The position numbers and the translations under genes are program-made. Below the pieces are notes generated by a model that saw nothing but the letters and a program-made list of their open reading frames with translations, was not told the origin of the DNA and searched no databases. DNA of 64,000 nt, taken from positions 3,616,001-3,680,000 of the forward strand of contig OZ240245.1 of assembly GCA_965198175.1 (NCBI GenBank), in the 5' to 3' direction. Below, one piece after another: positions 10,489-20,895 of the stretch. This stretch comes from Candidatus Poribacteria bacterium. Its GTDB lineage: Bacteria > Poribacteria > WGA-4E > PCPOR2b. Position 1 is the stretch's first letter; each line of letters starts with the position of its first letter.

Positions 10489-12438
10489 TTACAGGTCTAC
10501 CACAACCTCGTCATTCGCGTTGGCTGAAGGGGTGAGCTCCCACAACAGAACCGTTCCGTCCTCACTCCCGCTGGCTAGTGTGTTACCATCGGGCGAGAAC
10601 GCTAGGGAACTGACCCAATTCGGCCCCTCAAGGCTTGTCTTTTGTTGGCCGGTGTGCACATCCCACAACCGAATCGTGGTGTCCCATCCCCCACTGGCAA
10701 GCGTGTTGCCATCCGGTGAAAACGCCACGCTTGCCCAACCCCAATGTCCCTCAAGGGTCGCTTTCTGTTTGCCGGTGCTAACATTCCACAGCCGAATCGT
10801 GGCTACCGGCCAATCTCCACTACTGGCAAGCGTATTGCCATCCGGCGAAAATGCAACGGAAGACACAATACGCGTATGTCCCCCAAGGGTTGCCTTGGGT
10901 TTTGCGGTCATTGCATCCCACAACCGAATCGTTCCGTCCTCACTCCCACTGGAAAGTGTGATCCTATCCGGCGAAAACGCCACGCAAGAGACAGGAACCA
11001 TATGTTCTTCAAAGATCGCCTTTTGTTTGCCGATGCTAACATCCCACAACCGAACCGTCTTGTCATTACCCCCACTGGCAAGCGTATCACCATCCGGCGA
11101 AAACGCTACCGAACGGACAGTAACACCAGGCGTGTGCCCTATAAGAGTCGCTGTGAGTTCGCTGGTGTTGGTATCCCACAACTGAATTGTGCCGTCACTA
11201 CTCCCCCCGGCAAGCGTGTTGCCATCCGGCGAAAACGCCACGGAAGAGACCCAACTCCGCCCTTCAAGAATTGCCTTGTGCTGACCGGTGCGTACATCCC
11301 ACAGCCGAATCGTATATTCCGGCCAACCTCCCCCACTGGCAAGTGTGCCGCCATCTGGGGAGAACGCGACCGAATCGACGGCAACCGTATGCCCCTCAAG
11401 GACCTTCTTGTGTTGGCCGGTGCGCACATCCCACAATCGAATCGTGTGGTCCCAACTCCCACTGGTAAGCGTGACCCCGTCCGGCGAAAACACCACGGAA
11501 GAGACAGGAGCCGTATGTTCCTCAAGGGTTGCCTTTTGTTGACCGGTGCTAACATCCCACAACCGAATCGTGTCCCAACTCCCACTGGCAAGTGTGACCC
11601 CATCCGGCGAAAACGCCACGGAACGGATCCAACTCTTATGCCCCTCAAGAGTCGTCTCTTGTTGTCCAGTGCTAACATCCCACAACCGAATCGTCCTGGC
11701 CTCATTCCCCCAACCTCCCCAACTCCCACTGGCAAGTGTGTTGCCATCCGGCGAAAACGCCACAGATAAGACCTGACCTGTATGTCCCTCAAGGGTTGCC
11801 TTTTGTTGACCGGTGCTAACATCCCACAACTGAATTGGGCCGTCACTACTCCCACCGGCAAGCGTATTGCCATCCGGCGAAAACGCCACGGAAAGGACCC
11901 AACTCTTATGCCCCCCAAGAGTCGCTTTTTGTTGACCGGTGCTAACATCCCACAACCGAATCGTCTTTTCTTCACTTCCCCAACTCGCACTGGCAAGTGT
12001 GATGCCATCCGGCGAAAACGCCACAGATAAGACCTGACCTGTATGTCCCTCAAGGGTTGCCTTTTGTTGACCGGTGCTAACATCCCACAACCGAATTTTG
12101 GCGTCCCGGCTGCCACTGGTAAGCGTATTGCCATCCGGCGAAAATGCCACGGAACCGAAGTCTCGGAGTTGCCCGCGCTGAGCCACATTCCCGGTGAGCA
12201 GGGCGACTTCAGCACCGGTGTGAGCATCATAGAGCCAAATCCCGATACTACTCGATATCGCAAGCTGGGTACCATCTGGCGAATACGCGATGTCAAGTAT
12301 CCTACCTTTACCGAGCCGTGCTTTGGCATTTTCGGGCAGACTCCATTGAGTAATGTCTTGGTGTTGGCTGCAACTGCTTTGCAGTAGCAGGATCGAGATA
12401 AGCATAGGGTTAAACACGATGAAGAGTGCCCTTTTCAT
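10489..12438 (-). CDS. WD40-repeat protein (probable lipoprotein)
   Basis: About 13-14 GH...SVAFSPDG..LASG..D.TIRLWD repeats; N-terminal hydrophobic stretch then Cys; LPENAKARLGKG. Confidence 0.95.
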   Translation of the reverse strand: MKRALFIVFNPMLISILLLQSSCSQHQDITQWSLPENAKARLGKGRILDIAYSPDGTQLAISSSIGIWLYDAHTGAEVALLTGNVAQRGQLRDFGSVAFSPDGNTLTSGSRDAKIRLWDVSTGQQKATLEGHTGQVLSVAFSPDGITLASASWGSEEKTIRLWDVSTGQQKATLGGHKSWVLSVAFSPDGNTLAGGSSDGPIQLWDVSTGQQKATLEGHTGQVLSVAFSPDGNTLASGSWGGWGNEARTIRLWDVSTGQQETTLEGHKSWIRSVAFSPDGVTLASGSWDTIRLWDVSTGQQKATLEEHTAPVSSVVFSPDGVTLTSGSWDHTIRLWDVRTGQHKKVLEGHTVAVDSVAFSPDGGTLASGGGWPEYTIRLWDVRTGQHKAILEGRSWVSSVAFSPDGNTLAGGSSDGTIQLWDTNTSELTATLIGHTPGVTVRSVAFSPDGDTLASGGNDKTVRLWDVSIGKQKAIFEEHMVPVSCVAFSPDRITLSSGSEDGTIRLWDAMTAKPKATLGGHTRIVSSVAFSPDGNTLASSGDWPVATIRLWNVSTGKQKATLEGHWGWASVAFSPDGNTLASGGWDTTIRLWDVHTGQQKTSLEGPNWVSSLAFSPDGNTLASGSEDGTVLLWELTPSANANDEVVVDL

Positions 12439-12507
12439 CAGATAGTTCTCCTTTTTGAACAGAATTAAGGGATTTCCGGTTCGTTTGAATGGTAATTTAT
12501 CAGATTC

Positions 12508-13122
12508 TCAAAGGGTGCTCAATGTTTGGCACATCAGGCTATCATTTTCTGTTACGATACAGTGTAGCGGTATGTCCCACGCCTGCGGCAGTGTATCTTT
12601 AACAAGCTGTGCCTCGTAGGCGAGTCCGATCCAAACCGCCTGCGGACATCGGCGGAGAAATCGGTCGTAATAGCCGCCACCGTATCCGAGGCGGTGACCT
12701 TTTGGATCGAAAGCGACGCCGGGGACGATAATTAAATCAATCTGAAATGGGGGAAAGGTCTCGCAGGTTTTCCGGTTTGGCTCGCGCATACCGTAAGGGT
12801 GAAAAATGAGATCTGATTTTGGGTTCGAAATTCGGTGCGGAGTAAGCTTACGTCGCTGGGTATCCGTTACGAGTGCAAGTGGGATTTTTTCGCTAGCGAG
12901 GAGATAATCAAGCAGTGCATCGGTTTCCACCTCGCTCCGCATGCTCAGATAGAGCTGAACCACATTAACCGCATTGCTCTCAATCCAATCAATTACCCGG
13001 TTGATAATCCGTTGGCTCAATTCGGACCTCACCGCTGGCGGTATATTATCGCGTCTGCGAATCGCTTCCGCACGAAGACGTTGACGTGAATGTCTTTGAC
13101 CGCAATCAGGCGTTCTCACCAT
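12508..13122 (-). CDS. 5-formyltetrahydrofolate cyclo-ligase
   Basis: IDLIIVPGVAFD..G.RLGYGGGYYDRFL signature. Confidence 0.95.
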   Translation of the reverse strand: MVRTPDCGQRHSRQRLRAEAIRRRDNIPPAVRSELSQRIINRVIDWIESNAVNVVQLYLSMRSEVETDALLDYLLASEKIPLALVTDTQRRKLTPHRISNPKSDLIFHPYGMREPNRKTCETFPPFQIDLIIVPGVAFDPKGHRLGYGGGYYDRFLRRCPQAVWIGLAYEAQLVKDTLPQAWDIPLHCIVTENDSLMCQTLSTL

Positions 13123-13158
13123 ATTTTTTAAGATTTCAGCCTCACTCTGAGCTACTAA

Positions 13159-14517
13159 TCACGCCTCCCATTCAATCTGGTCGATGTTTTTGGTGAGTGC
13201 GTCTCGGAACGTTGACGGTTTCATCTTGAGGAGTTTCGCTGCCTGAGTTTTGTTTCCGTTCGACTTTTTCATCGCCCAAGCGATTAACTCGCGTTCCGTC
13301 GATCGGATGATTTCATGAAATGAAATCTCACCCAATGAGTCATCGAGATGGATGTGGTTTTCTAGTTTCAAATCTATCGGAATGTCGTCGGCTGTGATTT
13401 CCCTTCCACCGCTTACCGCTACGAGTCGTTCAACCACGTTTTCAAGTTCGCGTACATTGCCCGGCCATGGATATCCCATCAGCAGTTCGACAGCCTGTGG
13501 GGCGATGCCGATGGGTTCTTTTGGAGACAAGAGTTCCAAGAAATGGTTGATGAGAAGCGGAATATCCTCCGCCCGCTCCCGCAGCGGCGGCAAGAATATC
13601 GGAACAACATTCAGGCGATAAAACAGGTCACCTAGAAACGTTCCACTTTGGAACTTCTCCCGCAGATTCTCCGTCGTCGCTGCGATAACTCTGACATCAG
13701 CTTCGACTTGCGTCTCCCCGTCAACGCGTTCAAACGCCCCATTTTCCAGTGTGCGCAGGAGCTTAACTTGCAAGTTTATAGAGAGCGCATTCACGTCATC
13801 AAGGAAGAGCGTCCCCTTATGCGCTAACTCAAATCGTCCAACCCGATGGTTATCTGCAGAATTTTCACGACCGAACATCACAACTTCTAACATATCTTCC
13901 GATAGTCCCGCGCAGTTGACAGGTACATAGGGGTGATGTCCGCGAGAGCTATTGAGATGGATAGATTTTGCCAGAAGTTCTTTCCCTGTACCGCTTTCTC
14001 CGGAGACGATCACATTGCCGCTTGAATCCGCAATCGTCTCAATCAAGTTAAGAATTTCCTGCAACGACCGACTTTTCCCAATGATATTGTGATACAGGCG
14101 CCAAGGCTCAACATGAGCTGTTTGGGGTTGAGTTTCAAGCCCACCTTTATCTTGCCCTTCCCGAATCGCCTTCAGTTTATCCAACATGGCGATCAACTCG
14201 TCGCTCGAAAAGGGCTTCTTAATGTAGTTATATGCCCCCCATTTCATGGCTTCGACAGCGGTTTCCACGCTGGCATACGCCGTCATAATAATCACCGTGA
14301 CGTGGGGATACTCCTTTTTGATGCGCTTGAGAAGCTCTATACCGTGCATCTTCGGCATACGGAGATCGGTCACAAGAACGTCGAAGTGCTCATTCTGGCA
14401 TAGCTGGAGCGCAATCGCCGGGGACTCAACCGCGATTGTATCGTAGTTTTCCTCACGCAGATCGTCTCGCAACGTGATGCGTTTGATTTTTTCGTCGTCG
14501 ACAACCAGTACTTTCAC
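13159..14517 (-). CDS. NtrC-family response regulator (REC-AAA+-Fis HTH) lacking GAFTGA
   Basis: VLVVDDE...TDLRMP receiver, GESGTGKE Walker A, WPGNVRELEN, GNKTQAAKLL HTH. Confidence 0.9.
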   Translation of the reverse strand: MKVLVVDDEKIKRITLRDDLREENYDTIAVESPAIALQLCQNEHFDVLVTDLRMPKMHGIELLKRIKKEYPHVTVIIMTAYASVETAVEAMKWGAYNYIKKPFSSDELIAMLDKLKAIREGQDKGGLETQPQTAHVEPWRLYHNIIGKSRSLQEILNLIETIADSSGNVIVSGESGTGKELLAKSIHLNSSRGHHPYVPVNCAGLSEDMLEVVMFGRENSADNHRVGRFELAHKGTLFLDDVNALSINLQVKLLRTLENGAFERVDGETQVEADVRVIAATTENLREKFQSGTFLGDLFYRLNVVPIFLPPLRERAEDIPLLINHFLELLSPKEPIGIAPQAVELLMGYPWPGNVRELENVVERLVAVSGGREITADDIPIDLKLENHIHLDDSLGEISFHEIIRSTERELIAWAMKKSNGNKTQAAKLLKMKPSTFRDALTKNIDQIEWEA

Positions 14518-16244
14518 GCTTCTGCCTCAGTCCTCGGTATGGGGAGTTTTATAGTGAACACAGAACCTTGACCCTCTTCACTCTCAAATTCGATGACACC
14601 GCCATGCTCTCTAACGATCCGATTCGATACAGAAAGCCCAAGCCCTGTTCCTTTTCCCGTAATTTTTGTTGTATAAAAAGGATCCAAGATCCGATCTCGA
14701 ACGGACTTTGGAATACCAATTCCTGTATCTGTGACTTGGACGTATGCCACCGCCTCGTCGAGCAACGAATCAAATTCCATTGTACCCGTTTTGAAAGTCA
14801 ACACACCACCATTGGGCATTGCCGCAATGGCGTTTAGTCCAAGATTCAGGGCAACTTGTTCCAGCAGATGTTTGTCGCCAAGGATAGGAGTGAGATTGTC
14901 TTGTAATCGCCTTTCGATTTGAATGTGCTTTCCCTCCGCGCTGTATTCAATCAGCCCAATAACTTCGTTAATCACTTCATTTAAGGAGACCGATGTGAGG
15001 GTTAGTTCATGTTTACGTGAAAAGTTGAGGAGTTGGCTAACGGTAGATTCAATGCGCCGGATGGCTTCTTCCATGAGATCTAGGTATTCTTGGATTTGCT
15101 CTTCGTTCTTGGGGTTGCGCCGAATCCGAAGGGTACAGTTGAGTAAGCCGTCGAGTGGGTTGTTGATTTCGTGCGCAACTCCGGCTGCCAATTCTCCAAT
15201 CGCAGCCATCTTTTCGGATTGGATCATCTGTATCTCCATCCGCTTCCGATCTGTCACGTCTCGGCAGACTAATACGGTTCCTAAGTAGACGCCGTTGTCA
15301 TCGCGCACCGCAGCGTAGGTGTTTTCAAAGAATTTGTCCTTGATTTGGGTGCTCTGTTGTTCAATCACATCGCCGCCCTCTGATAGGTTTTTTGCAATTT
15401 GCGGGTGGATGCCGTACGTCTCAGGGGACAAACTATCGTCTGCGTCAAGCCCGAATTGCTCCTTTCTAATCTGCTGCGCAGCTTTGTTGAAAAGCGATAC
15501 ACGGTTTTCGCTATCAACGAAGACAACCGCCTCCTGCATACACTCGATAATCGACTTGAGTTTATTGCGTTCGAAGAGCACTTCCTTCCGCGCATCTTCC
15601 AGTTCAACCACCTTTTCCTCAAGACTCTCCTTTAGTTCAAACGTTTCCGTCTCACGCGCTCTCGCCGTATCCATAATCGATGTCGCCAGGTAAACGGAGA
15701 AAAACAGTGTGCTCGTAAATACAAAAAGCACGCTTGAGATATAGATTGGATTTCGCCATAGGTCTTCAGGTAAGAAGCCCAAATGGTAGTGAGGCAGGAC
15801 AGCGTAGTGCTCAAGAAAAATGAGGGAGCTTAGCAGAAGCGTGTTTAGCGTTGCAAGGATATAGCTGACTTTCTTGGAGAGGAGGATGCTTGCAATGACT
15901 AGGTGAAAGATGAAATAGAAAATGAACGGATTTTCGATGCCGCCGCTGAAGTGGATGAGCACTGTTAAGGAAAGTAAATCCAAAACGATATGCGTGCCGG
16001 CGTGTCGTTTGATTGATGCGAGCGGTTTTTCAGCGATATGTTTCGGGTATATTTGCGCTTCAAAGTTGTAGAGCACCATCAGCCCAGCAATGAGGTAAAG
16101 TGGTAGCGAAGGCTGGATAATGTCGAACCCCCAGCTTGCGACGCTGACGGTAAGAAAGACACCCGCTATTGCTATCCAACGGAGTTTGACCAACCATCCA
16201 ATTCGCTGAATCAGTTCAGTTTTGAGCGATAATTCCCGAGTCAT
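14514..16244 (-). CDS. Membrane sensor histidine kinase with PAS domain
   Basis: Multiple TM segments, PAS, H-box AGVAHEINNPL, G boxes DTGIG and GTGLGL; overlaps the regulator start. Confidence 0.95.
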   Translation of the reverse strand: MTRELSLKTELIQRIGWLVKLRWIAIAGVFLTVSVASWGFDIIQPSLPLYLIAGLMVLYNFEAQIYPKHIAEKPLASIKRHAGTHIVLDLLSLTVLIHFSGGIENPFIFYFIFHLVIASILLSKKVSYILATLNTLLLSSLIFLEHYAVLPHYHLGFLPEDLWRNPIYISSVLFVFTSTLFFSVYLATSIMDTARARETETFELKESLEEKVVELEDARKEVLFERNKLKSIIECMQEAVVFVDSENRVSLFNKAAQQIRKEQFGLDADDSLSPETYGIHPQIAKNLSEGGDVIEQQSTQIKDKFFENTYAAVRDDNGVYLGTVLVCRDVTDRKRMEIQMIQSEKMAAIGELAAGVAHEINNPLDGLLNCTLRIRRNPKNEEQIQEYLDLMEEAIRRIESTVSQLLNFSRKHELTLTSVSLNEVINEVIGLIEYSAEGKHIQIERRLQDNLTPILGDKHLLEQVALNLGLNAIAAMPNGGVLTFKTGTMEFDSLLDEAVAYVQVTDTGIGIPKSVRDRILDPFYTTKITGKGTGLGLSVSNRIVREHGGVIEFESEEGQGSVFTIKLPIPRTEAEA

Positions 16245-16266
16245 ATCTGGATAAAACCTAGTACGT

Positions 16267-16445
16267 TAGGACTTACGCACTTCCGTTTGTAATAGGGAAC
16301 AACGATCGTTGTTCCCTACGGAATCGTGGACTCTCGGCAAGTATTTGTTGTAGTTGCCTGATTCATTGGGCGTCGTAAATTGTGTTGGGAGGTGCTGAAT
16401 CGCCGAACTACGAGGCTTGGGGCGTTCAACTTCGAAAATCCTAAA
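16267..16445. repeat. Intergenic MITE/REP-like element, copy A
   Basis: Begins TAGGACTTACGCA; contains palindrome TAGGGAACAACGATCGTTGTTCCCTA; shares 15 bp (GTGCTGAATCGCCGA, inverted) with 38666-38680. Confidence 0.55.
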
Positions 16446-16523
16446 GTATTGTATTATTTTTATCGTTGGGTATCAATACAAAAACGCATCGGCGCGGTCT
16501 AAAAAACCCTCTCGCATTTTGGC

Positions 16524-16553
16524 TTGACATACCTTAACAAAATGTCCTATTAT
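16524..16553 (+). promoter_or_regulatory. sigma70-type promoter for clpX
   Basis: TTGACA-18nt-TATTAT. Confidence 0.55.
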
Positions 16554-16690
16554 CATGGTGTCCTTGAGTTCCGCAAATTCACGGGCGGTTATTGTTATTG
16601 TGCCCGTAAATTCCAGTGAAAACGAGCGATCGCTATGAAACATCACGTTTCAGCCGCTGCAGGACAAGATGTTGCGAATGGAGGAAGACA

Positions 16691-18292
16691 ATGTCAGAAG
16701 ATGCAAAAAACAAAAAGATACCTACCGCAGAAGAACTTCAAAAAGAATTTGAGACCTTTGTGAAAAACAAGTATGGTGGCACCGTCCGATTTATCACACC
16801 AAAAGTAAACCCATCTACAGACACGACGACGGATACCGATGCGCCGTCATCGAAAGAATCGTTCGATTTAAAATTTGATCTCAAACCAAAAGACATCAAG
16901 AGTTACCTAGATCGCTATATCATCAGACAAGATGAAGCCAAAAAAGCCTTGGCAATCGCTGTGTGTGACCACTACAACCACGTCCGAGAATGTCATGAGA
17001 ACCCGAAAATCGCTGAAACCGACTATTCGAAACAGAATGTCGTCATGCTTGGTCCTACGGGTGTGGGCAAAACCTATCTCATCCGTCATGTCGCCAAACT
17101 GATCGGCGTGCCGTTTGTAAAGGCAGATGCAACCCGATTCAGTGAAACCGGTTACGTCGGCGCAAATGTAGATGATCTCATCCGAGACCTCGTGTCGCAA
17201 GCGGAAGGGGACATCGAACTGGCGCAGTATGGGATTGTCTATCTGGACGAAGCGGACAAGTTAGCCACGCCCCCAAATCTTATTGGACGAGACGTAAGCG
17301 GTAGAGGGGTGCAGATTGGGCTACTCAAACTGATGGAGGAAACAGAGGTCGATCTCCGCGCTGGTCACGATGTGTCTTCCCAATTGCAAGCGGTCATGGA
17401 ATTCCAAAACAAAGGAAAAGTTGAAAAACAGATAATCAACACCCGTCATATTCTGTTTATTGTTAGCGGCTCCTTTAACGGACTAGACGAGATTATCAAA
17501 AAGCGGCTAAATGAAAGAAATATCGGTTTTAGCGCAACAGTAGCGCCGCACGACGCGAAGGAAGATTGGCTGGAACACGTTACACCGCAAGATTTCATCG
17601 AGTTCGGTCTCGAGCCCGAATTCATTGGACGATTACCAGTTCATGTTATCTGCCAAGATCTTTCTGTGGACGATCTCTATCAGATTTTGAAAGGTTCGGA
17701 AGGATCGATTGTCCGTCAGTATGAGGGTGCATTCCGCGCGTATGGGATTGAGGTCATGTTTTCCGATGAGGGGCTGCGGGGTATTTCGGAAAAGGCGCAC
17801 ACCCACAAAACGGGAGCGCGTGCTTTGATGACGGTATGCGAGAAGATATTGCGGGACTACAAGTTTGAACTGCCTTCCTCGAGTGTTCACGAATTTGTTG
17901 TGACGAAAAAGACCGTTGACGAATCAGGAAGTGAGTTGAAGCAGCTGATTGATGATGATCACTACAATCGCCAGATTGTGATACGGGAATGCGTCCGCCG
18001 TTATGAGGAACATTTCCGTCAGAAATACCAGATGTCCATTCAATTTGATGATGAAGCGACGGATCTCATCTGCCAGAGAGCCATTGACGAGGATAGAACG
18101 CCGCAAGAGATTTGTGACGAATTGCTCAAGACCTACGAACATGGCCTGAATCTCGTGAAACAGAACACAGGACAATCCAATTTCAACCTTACCAGAGACG
18201 TTGTGGAGCATCCTGACGCTGCGCTTGAACGCTGGATTCGCAACTCTTACGCGGGAAAATCGAAGGACGGTGAAAAAGCAACAGAAGCCTGA
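16691..18292 (+). CDS. clpX: ClpX-like AAA+ ATPase (no N-terminal zinc finger, long C-terminal extension)
   Basis: GPTGVGKT, DATRFSETGYVG, RDVSGRGVQ, IGF loop, PEFIGRLP; GGAGGA RBS before ATG 16691. Confidence 0.8.
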   Translation: MSEDAKNKKIPTAEELQKEFETFVKNKYGGTVRFITPKVNPSTDTTTDTDAPSSKESFDLKFDLKPKDIKSYLDRYIIRQDEAKKALAIAVCDHYNHVRECHENPKIAETDYSKQNVVMLGPTGVGKTYLIRHVAKLIGVPFVKADATRFSETGYVGANVDDLIRDLVSQAEGDIELAQYGIVYLDEADKLATPPNLIGRDVSGRGVQIGLLKLMEETEVDLRAGHDVSSQLQAVMEFQNKGKVEKQIINTRHILFIVSGSFNGLDEIIKKRLNERNIGFSATVAPHDAKEDWLEHVTPQDFIEFGLEPEFIGRLPVHVICQDLSVDDLYQILKGSEGSIVRQYEGAFRAYGIEVMFSDEGLRGISEKAHTHKTGARALMTVCEKILRDYKFELPSSSVHEFVVTKKTVDESGSELKQLIDDDHYNRQIVIRECVRRYEEHFRQKYQMSIQFDDEATDLICQRAIDEDRTPQEICDELLKTYEHGLNLVKQNTGQSNFNLTRDVVEHPDAALERWIRNSYAGKSKDGEKATEA

Positions 18293-18307
18293 ATCGAATC
18301 CCTTTTT

Positions 18308-20869
18308 TTATCGTAGAATTGCCAATCGTCCCAAAGCTTGAGTCTGCTCACTATCGACCACCGCATGGACTTTGTAAAGATAAACACCATTGGCAAGAAT
18401 GGTTCCGTGTTCATCTCGCCCGTCCCACATCGCCTCATTATAACCTTCGCGTGCCGACACGCCACTCAAAAGGCGAACACGACGACCGGCTTTAGAATAG
18501 ATTGAGATTGAAGCTTCATCAGCATCTTTTGTCAATTCGTAGATCAGCGTCGTTTCCCGATCGAACGGGTTGGGGTAGTTGCGCAACGTGTCAATTTTAA
18601 GGGCGGGTTTCTGGGGAGAGAAATGATCGGCGTCCCGGATGAGCGTTTGCGGGTCAAAGTTTTCCAGCCAAGCTATCTCCTCCCCTATCTGTTTGAGCAG
18701 GATAGCTTCATTGATCTCGCGAGTGTAGCCGAAGATTGGGACGAATGCTTGGAAAGACTTTATTGTCGAGGTCATTGATTTGGAATATTCTATCGCACTG
18801 TTGAGTTTTGCACGAATCAGGTTCTCCTTGCCCTTCTGATATCCCGCCTCAACTGCCTCCATCAAACGGAGTCGGCTTTCAAAAAACAGCACCCACAGAC
18901 GCATCAGGTCTAAGGCATCGGACAGAATGCTTGCAGCCTCGCGGGATATGGGCCGTGCAATTTCGGTAGCTGCCTTCATGTCATTGGCGGCTTGCTGCTG
19001 CTGCGGTAGCAGTGAAGAAAAACGATCCAAGGCAAAACGAGCGGAACGCTTATTGGGTATTGAGAGCATATCGTCAACGGCGTCCGTCCCTATGATGTCC
19101 CAAAACCGTGTGGCAAGTCCAGCGGATCCGCGTCCGTAATTTCCAGCAATGGAAAGCGAACCAGCGTAGTCGCTAAAGTAGCTCGCCAAAACCCATGTGT
19201 TTATTCGCAGAGCGTTAAGGATTGGCTTGGCAGAGTCAGCGCCATACTGATTAACCAAATAGTTTTCCATCAGTCGAAGGTGATGTGTCTCTACATCCCA
19301 GTTTATCCTCGCGCTCACGAGGCGATCTAAATGCCCCAAGTTGTTTTGCGTGCCTTGAACTGTGAAGCCGCCTAAACCAGTCACATCAGGGTTTTTTGCA
19401 TACTGCCGGACGCCATGGACGAAGAGATCGCCTTCGACCATCCAGAACGGAACCACCTCTTCGACCTCATGGGAGAGCACAATCAGGCGGTGTCCCAACT
19501 CGCCGAGGGTGTTGATTCGCTCGATTGAAATCCTCGGATCCGTAGTTGGCTCGCCATCTGCTCCCCATTTTTGAGAAAAGATTGTGCCTTCTGGCAGCTG
19601 ACGGGCATAGTCGCTATCGGGATCCTTCAGCCAAAACCTGTCGTACCCGGAGATATAGAATTTAAAATCGGGGCGAACTTGTTGGGCGGCGTCAATAATT
19701 GTGAAAATCACTCGCCAAAGTAGGTCTTGCCCTTTTTCTGATGTGTCTCCACACTCAGGACAGTTACAAGCGCGAGTTTCAACTCCCCAAGCCCGCAAGT
19801 GGAAACCGGCGAGTGTCGGATAGGTCTTTACAATCTCTTGAACCAATTGCCGCGCCAAGCTGTGAAATTCTGGCTTTGACCAACAAAAGGGGCGATAATC
19901 AATGCGATTCCGCGAACCGCCATAAGGCACGCGCGGTCCCAAAACATCGGGACGCCGCTCAATCACCGCATTTGTCGGCTCACCGGTAACATACATGAAA
20001 AGGTATGAATCGATCCCCCGTCGATGCAACGCATTGAAGCGATTGCGGAGTTCTCGGATGCGCTGCTGACGTTTATTGAGCGGCTCGTCTTGCAGCGATT
20101 CCAAGATTGGCGAATCAATGTATTTGAACGCCGTTCCGAGCCCGTCATCAATGCCCGTGCCCGTCCACACTCCTTCCCCGCCGCTCATGTTGAGCCGATG
20201 CCGCGCAAACCAATCTACATTTTCAACCTCCAATCCCGCTCTAATAGGGTAAAATGGCTGAGACGTTTTATCAATGAAAGGGAGGATGAGGTTTGGCGAG
20301 GGTTGAACCACAAAATCTAGATCGACGGGCGAGAGTCCCGTCAACCGCGTAATACACGCTTCAACTAGGTCATAAGCGCCATAGAGTACTCCCCGCGATG
20401 CGTTACTCGCGATAGCAATAATCAATTCGTTATTCAATTCGACTGTTTTGAGCACATACCCCTCATCGCCGAGGTCGGCATCAAGGCGGAGTATTCTGTC
20501 AGCCAACAACAGGCGAATCACCGGATTCGAGTCGGGGGTGCCGAGTGCAATCACCGTCGGGGTTGTCGTGGATTGACGATTTGTAAAGATGTCCAGCTCC
20601 GCGCCGGTGAAGCGCCGAATAAAGGTTCGAATTTCTTCAGCTGCAAACTGCTCCTGTGCTGACGCGGACGCGCCAATCTGAATTGTCGCCGTTGGACGCC
20701 CAGATCGAACGATGGGAACATCAGCAGCAAATGCCCAGTCATGCACGCAAAGAAGCGGAAGGAGCAACAGAAGATAAGCAATCACTGAAAAAGTTGTACG
20801 ATTCATTCGAGTGTGCTGTCTCAAAAAATAGCCTCTTTCCAATAAGCGTACCGAATCCTGGATTCGCAT
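18308..20869 (-). CDS. Secreted glycoside-hydrolase-like protein (GH67/GH20 N-terminal-like domain) with C-terminal FlgD-Ig domain
   Basis: LGDEGYVL...RGVLYGAYDL N-domain; NYPNPF...WDGRD..G..LANGVYLY C-terminus; true start may be the downstream MNRTT. Confidence 0.65.
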   Translation of the reverse strand: MRIQDSVRLLERGYFLRQHTRMNRTTFSVIAYLLLLLPLLCVHDWAFAADVPIVRSGRPTATIQIGASASAQEQFAAEEIRTFIRRFTGAELDIFTNRQSTTTPTVIALGTPDSNPVIRLLLADRILRLDADLGDEGYVLKTVELNNELIIAIASNASRGVLYGAYDLVEACITRLTGLSPVDLDFVVQPSPNLILPFIDKTSQPFYPIRAGLEVENVDWFARHRLNMSGGEGVWTGTGIDDGLGTAFKYIDSPILESLQDEPLNKRQQRIRELRNRFNALHRRGIDSYLFMYVTGEPTNAVIERRPDVLGPRVPYGGSRNRIDYRPFCWSKPEFHSLARQLVQEIVKTYPTLAGFHLRAWGVETRACNCPECGDTSEKGQDLLWRVIFTIIDAAQQVRPDFKFYISGYDRFWLKDPDSDYARQLPEGTIFSQKWGADGEPTTDPRISIERINTLGELGHRLIVLSHEVEEVVPFWMVEGDLFVHGVRQYAKNPDVTGLGGFTVQGTQNNLGHLDRLVSARINWDVETHHLRLMENYLVNQYGADSAKPILNALRINTWVLASYFSDYAGSLSIAGNYGRGSAGLATRFWDIIGTDAVDDMLSIPNKRSARFALDRFSSLLPQQQQAANDMKAATEIARPISREAASILSDALDLMRLWVLFFESRLRLMEAVEAGYQKGKENLIRAKLNSAIEYSKSMTSTIKSFQAFVPIFGYTREINEAILLKQIGEEIAWLENFDPQTLIRDADHFSPQKPALKIDTLRNYPNPFDRETTLIYELTKDADEASISIYSKAGRRVRLLSGVSAREGYNEAMWDGRDEHGTILANGVYLYKVHAVVDSEQTQALGRLAILR

Positions 20870-20895
20870 TCGATTTCAGCTGCGATAAATTTGTA

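Noticed and set aside
10457..12387. Long overlapping ORFs on other frames and strands of the WD40 gene
   Set aside because: Shadow ORFs produced by the repetitive coding sequence
13122..13159. 6S RNA upstream of 5-formyl-THF cyclo-ligase
   Set aside because: Only 36 nt separate it from the upstream gene
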